64,000 bases of DNA. It comes from Octopus sinensis. Taxonomy: Eukaryota. Both the position numbers and the translations under genes were made by a program. The notes under the pieces are model-generated. The model ran no database searches and was not told where the DNA came from. It saw nothing but the letters and a program-made list of their open reading frames with translations. Of this stretch, positions 39,593-52,923 are shown piece after piece; the stretch's first letter is position 1, and the number at the start of each line of letters is the position of its first letter. Location: NCBI RefSeq assembly GCF_006345805.1, contig NC_043004.1:77066001-77130000 (forward strand), read 5' to 3'.

Positions 39593-39974
39593 TGGAGGCG
39601 CAATGGCCTAGTGGTTAGGGCAGCGGACTCGCGGTCGTAGGATCGCGGTTTCGATTCCCAGACCGGGCGTTGTGAGTGTTTATTGAGCGAAAACACCTAA
39701 AGCTCCACGAGACTCCGGCAGGGATGGTGGTGATCCCTGCTGTACTCTTTCACCACAACTTTCTCTCACTCTTACTTCCTGTTTCTGTTGTACCTGTATT
39801 TCAAAGGGCCGGCCTTGTCACTCTCTGTGTCACGCTGAATATCCCCGAGAACTACGTTAAGGGTTCACGTGTCTATGGAGTGCTCAGCCACTTACACGTT
39901 AATTTCACGAGCAGGCTGTTCCGTTGATTGGATCAACCGGAACCCTCGTCGTCGTAACCGACGGAGTGCTTCCC
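39593..39974 (+). mobile_element. Full-length tRNA-derived SINE (tail type A) with a 12-bp TSD
   Basis: A-box TGGCCTAGTGG and B-box-like GTTTCGATTCC; TSD ACTTCATTTGAG at 39581-39592 and 39975-39986. Confidence 0.92.
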
Positions 39975-40419
39975 ACTTCATTTGAGAAAAGAACGGATTT
40001 CCCCTCCAATGCATCATGATTATGTAACTGACGATTATAAATCAAGCCAAAGAATTTCACATAGAAGATCGAATAGGTGCAAACAATAAACTGCTTGTTC
40101 TACAATTCCGTTAACTCTTGTTCAAAGTTCAATTGCCACGTGAAACGGGATTAATATGTGTCCTTCGAAAGTGATTTTGCTCTATCTTCTTAAACTGTGA
40201 TACAGGTGAAATTATCCTGTTGACCGAACAGATAAGATATTCGGCTCACCATTCCTTAGTCAAGATATACAAAATAAATAGAAATCCTTTCCCTTAAAAG
40301 TGTCAAGGACAAATAACTAGAAAAATATATTTTTCACTCTTTCACATAAGAGAAACGGGTATTAGGCACATGTCTCATTAAATTAATCAAATTATTGACA
40401 ATCCTAAATGTCTTTTCAG

Positions 40420-40558
40420 AAAATTAGCTAAGTTCACAGTCATGCTGGTACCGTTGTTTGGAGTTCCTAATCTGTTATTCATGATGCTACCACCAGAGAT
40501 GAACGTAGCTGTTGACGTGCCATTTCTTTATGTATCAATGTTATACAGTTCGTTCCAG
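40420..40558 (+). CDS. Class B1 GPCR exon, TM6-ECL3-TM7: KLAKFTVMLVPLFGVPNLLFMMLPPEMNVAVDVPFLYVSMLYSSFQ
   Basis: KLAKxT, PLFG and SFQ motifs; tttcAG / GTTAGT; phase 2-0. Confidence 0.95.
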
Positions 40559-41474
40559 GTTAGTAAAAAATCACTCTAATATCTATGTTGAAAGATATTA
40601 GACTTTAATGCTTTATACTGTCAGTTCATAATATTTGAAAACGGTTCACCAATTACAATTCAAGATGTATGAAATTTTTCTAAAGCTGCATGCATAATAA
40701 AAAAAAAAGGTAAATAACAGAACAAAATTTCTTGTGATGTTTAATTGTATTTCTTTCTATTGTTGGTTGAAACCCCGCAGGTGTAATTCTGCCATTTATA
40801 CACTGCTTAAGTTCAATCACTCCTCGGGTGAATTAGTAACGCAACAAAATAGCAAATGGCGACTATGAGGAGCGAAACACCACTTCTAGTAATTTAAGTA
40901 AAACCAAACCCACAGTTTACGGTGGTGTCACAATGCTAGTTAACTCAGCAAGTGACATCGTTAAACTTCGGGGCTTTTCGGTAAGAATAACTTAGAGTTA
41001 TTCTTAGCGGGAAGAGTTTCTAACAGATCTGTCACCAGTTCTCTCAATTCAGTTAGACTCCTTAGTGGTCTGGTCAATGTATTTTTCCAGTTTCTGGAAA
41101 GTAGACACTGCTGTTGTTTAAGTCTCATTTCTAGTTCAAAGCCCAAAAATATTGTTAAAAAAAGTCTACATTTAAATAGGCACTATCTCTTGTTAATCCC
41201 TTACCCCACAAATATATTTCATTATCCAGAAATAACATTTAACTTACAAACACGGCATCGTTCTTTGTTACAAACATTGAAAATGTTTCTTCTTTTCTTA
41301 TGGAACATTTTGAAAGTCTTCACCTATCTCACTGTAACGTCTTACGTGATATAACTCTAGCTAAGCTATATCATGTGAATCTAAATTGTCGGTTAAAACT
41401 AAAAATGAATTAATATCCTAACATCATAAGCAAATATTTTGAGCAAATCACTTTTTTCTGTTTTTGCCTTTCAG

Positions 41475-41516
41475 GGACTAATTTTATCACTGCTATTCTG
41501 CTTTCTCCATGAACAG
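41475..41516 (+). CDS. Class B1 GPCR 42-nt exon, TM7 end: GLILSLLFCFLHEQ
   Basis: Matches the family's 14-codon GxxVAxxYCFxNxE exon; tttcAG / GTAAAT; phase 0-0. Confidence 0.93.
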
Positions 41517-43399
41517 GTAAATATTTAATTTTTTAAACTTTTGAAATAGACAGGTAGACTTGATGTTTTGCGTAACCTTCTTCGTTTTTCATCTCGATTA
41601 TCTTGTCTATTTTGTTCATCCATTTATGACCAACGAAATAAGTTCCAGTAATATACCATCAATTCAATTCTTTCAGACTTCCAAAAATTTTCAATTCTTA
41701 TTGTATGTACCACGTTACTGCACAATGTATAGAAATTGAGCCAGTGAGAGAGAGCCTCTATGTAGTCGTTCGGTTTAGACATAGCATCTGCATCTCCCTT
41801 GAATCACATCCTATTGTCTGAAAATGAGGGATATGTCGGACAATGTAGTCTTGAATATATAAAAGCCAAAAAATATATAATGATCAAAACCTGGACGCTT
41901 TTCATCATAGGATTACTCAATCGCAAATTAAGCAGGCCTCTGATCAAATGAGAATGTAATGTTCAAATTGACCTGGTTCTCAGTTAAAAGTAATTAATTA
42001 GTTGTTAGAGAATGTTTTCCAGAAGGTTCCTTACTAATCCCATATATAAACATATATTAACCTGTTTTCGCATCATTTATTGTTATTGAATTGCTATTTT
42101 AGCGTATTCAATCGCCTTGATTTTATTTTAACGTAATTTCTAGTCTATGGAATCAAAAGCGTCACCGATACGTGAATAGGATATGCTTGTGTTTGTATGT
42201 GTATATATGTATATGTATTTTTCTCTAATCAATATTATGGGTCTGGGTATTTTAAAGAGCGTCTGTCCTTGGTATGCAATGTTCAATTGATACATCAATA
42301 TAGACTTTTTGTGTTTAGTATTGTGCTAAATACACTACCGACTCTGGTAGTTCTTAAGTAGAATGTTTTACTGCCCAGAAAGTTTGTCTTTTTTATTATT
42401 ATTGTATATCTACAATAAGATGAATTGAAAACTTTCTCTGTTTTTATTGTGCGGTATGATTTGATGTGTTTTCTTATATTCTTTAGCCTTTCATTTTATA
42501 ATATGTGATAAAGTTTAGTTTCTATTGTGTTTTTGAGCATACAACGCCGATGGAAGAGGTGCGTGAACTAAAAGTTGCACTATGTTGAAAAATAAGCTTT
42601 ATTTGGTCACATTCTATGAGAGTACCTTGATCAGTCTATGAACTTTTCAGCCGGCCCCTGTATATGTGAGCGCACGCGGTTGCGTATTTGCACGCGCGTA
42701 CGTTTGTCTGTATTAGTGTGTGAAACTACCATTTTATTTTCCATTATTTTAATTTCATTTAAATTCTATGAGACTTTTAGATACGATGGAATATTCCTGA
42801 TTGCGAATATAAAAATCTAACAGATTCCAAATATTTCTTTTGTTCTTTTGTACGAAAAACGAACTAAAAAATTTTAACGTCTACTTTCCCATGATTGCTT
42901 AGATCGAACAAATTTCATTGAGGCAGATTTTCTATAGCCGAATGCCCTTCCAGTTACTGTTTTCTGAGCAGTTTTGATAATGGGTTTAATGCGCAGACGA
43001 AGAGCAACACCAACAGGTTATCACCCTGAAAATGCCTTTTTTGTTAGTGAATGCGATTCGACTCAATTTGCTCTTTATCACTCCTACGGAACAAAGTGGT
43101 TCGATAAAGTACAAAGTAGTTGTGGGGCTTTTGCTAACTGTAAAGCCTTGATAATCCAACTACGTGGTATACTTCCAAAAGCCTTCTGGTAATCCAGTCA
43201 CACTACGGCTAAGTTCCTGCAATTTTTTCCGTTTTTCTTTTTGTTTATTTCATGCATCATTTTGTTAATTACTAGCTGCTGTATACAGTTCCACATCTTC
43301 TTTCCTCCAATTTGCTTGAGTTATAATATTGTCGGTGGCACAATGATCCTGCAATAACAGATTGAGGCAGCCAGTGTATAATTTATACATGATGTTCCG

Positions 43400-44000
43400 G
43401 ACGCAGGGCCGTAGCATGACTTTTAGAGGTTCTGCACCTTTTTATTTTGAGGCCCCCATCTCTTCAATCAAAATTCATAATCTACGCACCTTTTATTCAT
43501 AGCTGTATTTTACTTTATTCAATCTGAAGCTCAATATTTCACGTTATCCTGAAGAACATCTTTAAAAGTACAAGTTAATTTTATTTAGGGCTGGAAATAT
43601 CATATTAGTTTATGTTTAGGAAGGCCAACATTTAACAGGGTTGAATAGTTATTCAATGGACTCGTAAATATCAGAAGACAAGCATTTCAAAATAACAACT
43701 GTGAAGTATAGTTGTCTCAGCTTTTGTATGCGAAGAAGTTTATTCAAGAACATTAAAATACAAACAATTTCCAGTCCAAAACAAAAGCAATATATTTCAA
43801 ATAAGATATTTTTGAAAAACAGACGTGAAGACTTGATAACAGTCGAAAAAGCTTTTTGTAAAATTCTATATTTCACTGTTAGCTGTTGCAATATTTCGAT
43901 TGGATAGACAATTCTACAATTCAAACTGTAAAGACAAAATACCAAAGATGCAAAATATGAAGAATTACTTGCCTTTCTATGAAATCACAAATTCAAGGAA
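43400..44000 (+). mobile_element. Possible decayed hAT (ZMYM1/Tip100-like) fragment
   Basis: CAGGGCCGTAGC...GGCCCCC terminus-like motif and a weak EKAFxxxYF peptide. Confidence 0.3.
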
Positions 44001-44264
44001 AAATAGTACTTTGCAAAATAAATAGCTGAAATACATATCAAAAAGTTAATCGCAGGTTGTTTTCATACCTCTGGGCTGTGTTGTCTTCTGATATTTGTTT
44101 GATCTTTCGTTCACTGTCTCTAATTCTTATTTACTGTCGCCCAAATTATAGTTGTGGACCTGTTGAAACATGTCATCCCAGATTATTGGTAAAGCGTCCA
44201 CAAGTTTTAGATATGAATTTCAGCTAAATTGTTAGTATGTTGAGTGGTTGTATAAAGTCAACAT

Positions 44265-44435
44265 AACGTGACAGTCCCGTAAAGGGAATTACACCACCGC
44301 TATATAGCCCTAGGAAGCATCGACGCTTCCTGTCGGCTTTGACACATTTCCAGTGTCCTTATATTCGCAAAGGGGAGGCAAGCACCCCCACCAGCTAGGA
44401 CTAGCAACCTGAATATTCTCGTTGAGACATTTAGA
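44265..44435 (+). repeat. Diverged single-arm copy of the 13119 palindrome
   Basis: ACACCACCGCTATATAGCCCTAGGAAGCATCGACGC...GGCTTTGACACATTT. Confidence 0.85.
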
Positions 44436-45614
44436 AATTCAATATTTCTAATGTTAGTATGTTGTTTTCTGCTATATTTAGCTGATCGTTCTGTCTGTCC
44501 ATCAGTGGAAGTGAGAGGATTATCTTCACTGGCTGGTTTTATAGTGCCAGCCTGCTTTCAATCAGACATTTCCATTTGATGTGTCAATTTACATTTAATG
44601 ATACGCTTTGCTTAAATGTTTTCCGGATAAATCTAATTCTGGATGTTGGGAGTTCCAAAATGTTTTTTAGCTTTTGCGTAAAACCGAACTATTGAAGGTC
44701 AAATTGTAAAGATATTTCACATAAATCTTTGTTTAAAATCATAAATTCATTGTATACAGTGACTGTAATCACGATTTGGTTGTAGAACACATACATTTAG
44801 CTATGATGCTTTTGGCTATTCATTGATATTTGTATTTGCCTTTGAAAATGGTCTTCTTTAAGTTTCGAAAATGTTTTGTCAGAATTATATTAAATTTTTT
44901 TCACAGTTTGTGTAACCTTTTCTTTCAGAATATTTTTAATTCTACATATTGTATTTAAAATTGTGTGCGCGTGTGTGTGTGTGCGTGCGTGTAACAGCGA
45001 ATATATGCGTATTAGATACAGTGATATATTGATACAGTGTTAAAGTAAGCTTTTACAAGAATGAAAGTAAGATGTGTATGACTCTACTGTGTGCATGTAT
45101 ACAATTTCCGTCCTAAACCTGAAGAGTCTAACAGCTCCTGATGACACAAAGTCTTATCAGCGATACCTATTCATCTCGCATATCGCTAACAAAATGTAAT
45201 CTGTTTTTAGGCGAATTCTTATCGACTGAACGTACATTATCAATACCTTTTTTGTATTGAGGATTGTTGATTTAAGTCTTAGTTTACTCCCACTACACTG
45301 AAGCATTTAGAATCACAAATAATTTGTGTGTATGGCTCAGAGGAATAATAACCTTCCTATATTCATCAACATTTCTAGGCATTCTGAAAATTGCATTTAC
45401 ATGTAACAGACACTGAAGGATTATCGGTAGGATTGTGAATTTCATATATCATTGTCATTATGCGTTGAATTAATACGCTGTTAACTCCCGGGTACTCACT
45501 CATTTTTTTCCACTCGTGGGGTATTTCAGTGATCACTTTTGCTTATATTTTGCAATTATGATTTTTCTGTGGCTAAACTAGGGAGAGAGAAAGAAAGAAA
45601 GAAAGAAAGAAGGA

Positions 45615-45650
<36 letters not shown>

Positions 45651-45703
45651 GAAAATAGAGACATGGTTTGTGAGTGTGTGTGTTTGTGTGTGTGTGTGTT
45701 TAT

Positions 45704-45734
<31 letters not shown>

Positions 45735-46045
45735 CGTGTGTACGTGTGTGTGCGTATGTGCGCACGGGCGTGATTCTACACGGGACACCCAATGCCGTTC
45801 GTTCTGTAGTTGTACTTGGTATTCTGTCTACTGTGATGGCCCTTGTACATTACATGGAGAATGAGCAAGAAAACATCAAAGTTGCATATTCATTGTAAGA
45901 GTTTGAGTCATGAAATATATATCTTCATGTCTAAATTAGTTGTCTGAAATTCGTTCTCTGGCTTCCAGATTTGTGGTTTACTGATGGAAAATTGTTTTAC
46001 TTCTGGCGTTTAAATCGCCTATTTTTACTGTTAATCTGTGGTTAG

Positions 46046-46316
46046 GTATGATACAGGATTAATGTATGATACAGGATTAATGTATGATACAGGATTAATG
46101 TATGATACAGGATTAATGTATGATACAGATTAATGTATGATACAGGATTAATGTATGATACAGGATTAATGTATGATACAGGATTAATGTATGATACAGG
46201 ATTAATGTATGATACAGGATTAATGTATGATACAGGATTAATGTATGATACAGGATTAATGTATGATACAGGATTAATGTATGATACAGGATTAATGTAT
46301 GATACAGGATTAATGT
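46046..46316 (+). repeat. 18-bp minisatellite GTATGATACAGGATTAAT (~15 copies)
   Basis: Seen directly; one copy has a 1-nt deletion. Confidence 0.95.
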
Positions 46317-46383
46317 TGTATTTATCTATAATGGGTACAAGTAGATCATGCAATATATTATATGTTTGTGTAATATGGATGAC

Positions 46384-46936
46384 TGTAATATGAGGAACAA
46401 AGTGCATTTAACCTACCCGTCTGTGTCGCCTACCCGTCTGACCTGTCGTCAGAACCTAGAGCTAATGCCATTCCTAGATCGCACGTCTACACGCGTCCGT
46501 CCACTCCCGCTCCTGGGGCCAAAAGGCTCACACTGGTCTTACTTCCGCCCACTTACTCACTCCCTCTTCCTCTTCCGCTAGAGCCTCTCAGACATTGACG
46601 TCACTGACCCTTTCCTTCCGGTTCATATCATCCCTATACGTCTCCTGATCTCAAAGATCACCTCATCACTTCACTCCTTGTTGAAATTTTTCAATCACTT
46701 GGGCAGACGTCTCACTCACTGTGATCTCTGCAGGGATGGAGCACCGCTCGCTTCCTTTCCTCCACCTTCATCGTCCGACGAGGCAACAATTATGCGAACA
46801 TCCAAGATGTGACGCGGCATTCTATTCACAGACATTATTTCAGGAAATAACAGCCGTTACTGTCTCTCTGTTCTACTGAGATGTACAGCATGCCTTTGGG
46901 GAATTGACCCAGACTTCATCTACCTTCACGGAGGCA

Positions 46937-46998
<62 letters not shown>

Positions 46999-47620
46999 TG
47001 CACAGAGCTTTGTGATGCTGTACGTGGGAGTCGCCATTCATACCTGAATATCGCTCTGTATTGCACGGACTCGTCGGCCTGTCCTGATTTGGGTGGTATA
47101 TTGTATCAAAATACTACTTCCAGTAGTGAGATGCGCTCTGCCCTTGATTGTGCGATGGTGTCTTTCCACGATTCCATTTCCACTCTGAAAAAGTGATGCA
47201 CATTCCACTTATCGAACATCTCCTTCAGCATTTCCGAACGAAATGCAGTGCCATCATCCATCAGCAGTTCGTCTACAGGGCCCCGCTCCAGGAATACCTT
47301 GTTCTGGATACGTGCAACCTCATCCGCAGTACCCGTCTTAATTTCCCTCCATATCGCGATCCGACCCGGTCTTCAGTCGACTATCGAGAGATATGTCCCC
47401 AGCTGATAGTGTGTCACATCCACCGCCAATCGCCTCCAGTTGTGCTCCACCGAGATGTTTCCCGGCTAATGCACACCCGGAGCAGGGTCGATGGATTAAC
47501 ACCTACCACAGCTCCCAACCACCTTTTGAATATTCTGCCTAATAAAGTCGGAGACTATTTTCTTGGCAAAATACGGGGTTCTATCGACATCCATATCATA
47601 CATAGATCTTTCTTTTCCTC
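46384..47620 (-). mobile_element. Gypsy-type LTR retrotransposon 3' fragment (integrase, putative PPT and 3' LTR 46384-46559)
   Basis: The minus strand encodes MDVDRTPYF...CGRC, LAVDVTHY, LLMDDGTAF and NGIVERHHRTIK (HHCC plus DDE). A purine tract precedes a TG...CA segment; the element is interrupted by (CT)n. Confidence 0.8.
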
Positions 47621-48057
47621 ACGTGACCATCTCACTTTTCCTGCACAGACGTTCAAAGGACTGGACTTTTTTTCTCTCTATCTTTTATCTTTTCTCTTTT
47701 CAAAGAAAATATTTCTCCCAGAGTTCACTATTTTCCTCTCGTTTTGGTCTAACGACGCTCCATGTTTCGGCTTCCTTGTATGTCTCCACTGTCCTATTTT
47801 TGTTTCCAACTTTGGCCCTCCATAAATCCTAAATTTTATTTTAGAATTTATGAAAGCAACTGTCTTTGAAGACTCATAATGTCGTTGAATCCTCGAAATG
47901 AGAAGTAGACAGGCAGCCGGCAACTGATGAAGAGTCCTTTCTTTGTGTTTATTTGTCCTGTTTTTCAGTTTTTTTTCTCTCGTTCTTTACGTATCTTACT
48001 CGTTGTTTACGAATTTCATGTTTGCACATTTGATGACGTCCTGTACCCATATATGCA

Positions 48058-48061
48058 TATA

Positions 48062-48117
<56 letters not shown>

Positions 48118-48180
48118 TATAATATAAATATATATATATATAATATATTCTATATATATATATAATAATATATATATATA

Positions 48181-48211
<31 letters not shown>

Positions 48212-48216
48212 CTATA

Positions 48217-48305
<89 letters not shown>

Positions 48306-48328
48306 TTATATAATATATATATAATATC

Positions 48329-48359
<31 letters not shown>

Positions 48360-48441
48360 TATATATAATTATATATATATAATAATATATTAATATATAG
48401 ATATATATAATATAATATAGATTAATATATATTATATTATA

Positions 48442-48480
<39 letters not shown>

Positions 48481-48731
48481 TATATATATAATATATATAT
48501 ATAATATATATATATATAATATATATATATATAATATATATATATATAATATATATATATAATATAATAATATATATATATATAATATATATTATATAAT
48601 ATATAGATATACTATAATTATAATATATATATATATATTAATATATATATTATAATATATATATATAAATATATATATATATGATAATATATGATATATA
48701 TAATATATTATATATAATATATATTATATAT

Positions 48732-48795
<64 letters not shown>

Positions 48796-48876
48796 TATAA
48801 TATATAATAATATATATATATAAATATATATATATAATATATATATAATATATTATATATATATATATATATTATA

Positions 48877-48915
<39 letters not shown>

Positions 48916-49069
48916 ATATTCTAATATATATATATATATATAAATATATATATATAATATATATATATATAATATATAATATATATAATATATATATATA
49001 ATATATAATATATATATATATATATAATATATCTATATATATATATATATAATATATAATTATATATAT

Positions 49070-49100
<31 letters not shown>

Positions 49101-49114
49101 GATATATATATTAT

Positions 49115-49157
<43 letters not shown>

Positions 49158-49166
49158 TAATATATA

Positions 49167-49197
<31 letters not shown>

Positions 49198-49216
49198 ATA
49201 ATATTATATATATATG
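48058..49216. repeat. ~1.15-kb degenerate (TA)n array
   Basis: Seen directly. Confidence 0.95.
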
Positions 49217-50239
49217 CCCTCAGCCACGCAGAGAGCCACGATCACAAGTTATGCAGATGATACAAATTTCACAGGCAATACAGACCCTCTGACACTAAAC
49301 ACCTGCAATGTGAGCTGGACGAATATACAAGTGGGCTGAAAAGAATAGCATGCAGTTCAATGCTGGAAAGTTCAAGCTTTATACTATCAGCATGCAAAAC
49401 TGAATGCAATACCCAATGAATACACTGGACCCGGAGGGATTGCAATCCCAGAGGCACAATCAGTGCGTGACCTGGGTATTCACATGAGTGATGACGCGAC
49501 CTTTCATGTACATGTTGCTAAACTGACACTGAAATGTAGACGGCTGCTGGATGGATTCTTAGAACCTTAGAACAGAGACACAAGAAACCATGATGGTCCT
49601 CTCTGGAAGACACTTGTCTAAGCACTTTGACTATTGCTCTCAGCTATGGTCACCATCCAGTGTCAAGTTGATCACAGACTTGAGGCGACCCAACGAAGCT
49701 ACAACAAAGAAGATAGCCTCTATGCAGAATGTAAGCTACTGGGAACGACTCAAGATTAAATTATATTCCCTGGAGCGTAGCGGAAAGATATGCCATAATA
49801 TACATCTGGAAGATCCTGGAGGGAAGTGTCCTGAACTTTGGCATCGAGAGTTACGCAAATGCCAGAACTGGGCGCCACTGCGTGGTGCCTAGGACTCCAA
49901 ACCTGCCATCAAGATGGTAGGACAAGATTCTGTGATAGCCTGGGCTTCGAGGCCCACAGCTCTTCAATATCCTCCCGAAGAACCTGAGAGACCTGCATGG
50001 GGTGGATACAGATGTCTTTAAAATGAAGCTGGATCTCTTCCTGTCAGGTGTCCCAGATGAACCAACTTCACGGCAGGAGGGGCAGATGAGGGCAGCTGCA
50101 TCGAACTCTCTCATGCACCAAATAGCAGTTGCTAGAAAGCCTCCATGAAGTGAAACCAAATAGCAACACCAAATGCGGTGCCCCAGCATGGCCACAGCTC
50201 ATAAGCTGAAACTAGAATCAATCAATCAATCAATCATCA

Positions 50240-50240
<1 letters not shown>
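49217..50240 (+). mobile_element. CR1/L2-like LINE 3' fragment with (ATCA)n tail
   Basis: FDYCSQLWSP...SYWERL...LYSLER motif; frameshifted. Confidence 0.8.
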
Positions 50241-50270
<30 letters not shown>

Positions 50271-50296
50271 CTATATATATATATATATATATATAT

Positions 50297-50690
50297 ACTT
50301 TGATACTTTGATACTTTGATAGGTTTCGGCATTATTGGCCCAGGCCATGTCTAACTTAATAGCACCACCTGGTGAAGTCTTTCAAGTCAGAATTTGGGCA
50401 CTATGGCCCACTCACTAGTAGAGTTATTGTTTACGAGACATATCCGGGTGTAGGGGGTTATCCGGGATTTCTTGAAGGAATCTGTCCAAAGACTTCTTGA
50501 ACCTATGGGGGTCAGTTTCTCTTTTAATGTGTTTTGGTGTAATGTTAAAGAGAGCGGGCCCATTGAGGTGAATAATTGTGCCGTATTGTTGTTATGAGAT
50601 GAGAGTGCGATTTTTGTTTTGGGCGGATGGCACGGGGCCCAAGCCTTGATGTACCTTAAGGTGATGCCAACATCATTTGGGCAATGCTGA
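50297..50690 (-). mobile_element. CR1-like LINE 3' fragment with (CAAAGTAT)n tail, tail-to-tail with the 49217 element
   Basis: GPALFNITPKHIK...FKKSLDRFLQEIPD on the minus strand. Confidence 0.75.
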
Positions 50691-50750
50691 TGGAATATTT
50701 TTATATATATAATATGATATATATATATATATATATATCTATATATATAA

Positions 50751-51076
50751 GGGTAAAGACCCTTCGGTCATGAATGACCATGGGATTGCACCTAGAAAGT
50801 TACCCTCCTAGACACAAGTCCGGGCAAGGTTGTCTATGGAAGACCACAGTCGCCCATGCATACCGGCCTCCCCTCTCCACGCCACCAGTGTATCCAGGGA
50901 AAGACAAAGGTCGATACAGCTTGGAACCAGTGACGTCGCAACTCATTTCTACAGCTGAGTGAACTGGAGCAACGTGAAATAAAGTGCCTTGCTCGAGAAC
51001 ACAACACGCAGCCCGTTCCGGGATTCGAGCTCCAACAACTCACGATCGTAAGCTCGACGCTCTAACCACTGAGCCA
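50751..51076 (-). mobile_element. tRNA-derived core-domain SINE
   Basis: Head ATGGCTCAGTGGTTAGAGCGTC; core GAGCAAGGCACTTTATTTCACGTTGCTCCAG. Confidence 0.8.
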
Positions 51077-51079
51077 TAT

Positions 51080-51157
<78 letters not shown>

Positions 51158-51364
51158 GGGAGTATAACTCCAAACTACAGGAAAAATTCAATTTACTATT
51201 AAATCAAATTTCATAATATAAATATATAATATATATAATTAGAGAAAAAACACTATGTGATCTAGTTATATGTTTTAAAAAATACTTTTTCATTTTTTTT
51301 GATTTGGTTTATGTCTATCATTGTTTGAATTGCATATAGTAGTTTTTTCTAATTTATATTATAT

Positions 51365-51461
<97 letters not shown>

Positions 51462-51510
51462 GTATGTATGTACGTATGTATGTATGTTTATAAAGTTCTT
51501 TCTAAATATC

Positions 51511-51713
51511 AACAAGTAATGTGTTCGTAGCCACTTCAACACGGCTGTCCCTTCGAACAGACTTTGCTGTGAACTTTTAACCCCAAGAGGAATCTCCTCT
51601 AGCTGGTTAACAATGCACAGCTGCATCCGATATACTGCGTGGAGCGGAACGAACTTCTACCACCTTCAAGCGAACGGACAGCCATGTTGAAGTGGCTACG
51701 AACATTACTTGTT
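51511..51713. mobile_element. 203-bp MITE with ~40-bp TIRs
   Basis: AACAAGTAATGTGTTCGTAGCCACTTCAACACGGCTGTCC has a near-perfect inverse at 51676-51713. Confidence 0.85.
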
Positions 51714-51886
51714 AGTACAAACACTGCGTTGATCTCTTAGAGAGATTTTAGAACTAGCATTTTTGCTTGTTTCTACATACTTTTATGCGTAAAATATTTC
51801 TTATTCTGAGAAAATTTACTCCATTAATTTTATACGTGTTTGTGTAAGAGTGAGAGCGACAAGGGAAATTGTGTGCGTGCGTGTTG

Positions 51887-51951
<65 letters not shown>

Positions 51952-52639
51952 TGTGGTGTGTGTGTTTGTGTGTGTGTGTGTGAGTGTGTGTGTGTGTTTA
52001 CGTGTGTTCGTGTGTTTGTGTATGCCGTATGTGCAATGATATTCTTGCTTCGCTTCGAAAATCAAACGCGAGGAACAAGCAAGTTATTCTTGAAATGTGA
52101 TAAAGAAGTCGATATAACTATTCCTATGTTTAATGTTTGAAATGGTACAAGTCAAACCATTTAAGAAACAGCTTGTAATAAATGACTATATGTTCATTGA
52201 TAACGTTACAGAACACTGAACATCTCTCAGGCAGGCAGATGGAAGATAAGTTAAATGCAGTATGCGTTTCAGTTTCATTTTTATTTACGTCTGTTACATA
52301 CCTCTGGAATATTGTTCTATATTTGTCTTAATATTTTATTTTTGTCTTCACAATCTAAACTAAAGCAAATGCACAAATACGGCATTTTCATTAATTTATA
52401 TGTTAAAGATAATTCCTTAAGTATTTCAACTTGTAATCATTATAGATATATATTTTTTATATATTTTTTCTACTTGTGTTGGATACTGGTACATTTGACA
52501 TGGTGGTCACCATTGCTCTTAGCTTCATTAGACTTTATTGTGTAACACCGTGTAACAAATGTTTTAATTGTTTAGTTTTATGTTTATTTCTATTTTTATC
52601 TTGATTTATTTTTTTTGTCTTTGGTCAGTAAGTGTTGTT

Positions 52640-52920
52640 TCCAATTCAATTTCAATTCAATTCAATTTTTTTTTATTGGCACAAAAAGCAAAAGCAAGGC
52701 CATGTAGGGGGACAGGGAGTTATGTACAGGGAGGGTGGTCATACAAAGAGTTCAGGCCATTTCTGGTCAAGAGAGACTTTGAACCGAGCGGTCGTCGGCA
52801 TCTTCACTATCTCGTCCGGCAACTTATTCCACGGATCCGCAACCCGGACGGAGAAAGCCCCTCTCCTTCGATTGAGATGAAACCATCGTAGATAGAGCTT
52901 TTCGGAGTGACCCCGCAGCC
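52640..52920 (-). mobile_element. CR1 LINE 3' end with (AATTG)n-like tail
   Basis: LRGHSEKL...RRGAFSVRVADPWNKLPDEIV...FKVSLDQ* on the minus strand. Confidence 0.85.
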
Positions 52921-52923
52921 CAC

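Noticed and set aside
39593-39670. tRNA gene
   Set aside because: The tRNA-like head continues into a SINE body flanked by a TSD; no complete cloverleaf is evident.
45119-45160. CTGAAGA-GTC...GAC as a hammerhead
   Set aside because: No GAAA after stem II and no stem I pairing.
45760-45898. Hydrophobic ORF tail (GVILHG...VAYSL) as an alternative last exon
   Set aside because: No polypyrimidine tract or acceptor (preceded by a GT repeat) and no helix-8 resemblance.
46046-46316. CRISPR-like repeat array
   Set aside because: There are no unique spacers and the context is eukaryotic; it is a plain minisatellite.
47148-47825. 225-aa plus-strand ORF
   Set aside because: It is antisense to the decayed Gypsy integrase and has no recognisable motif of its own.
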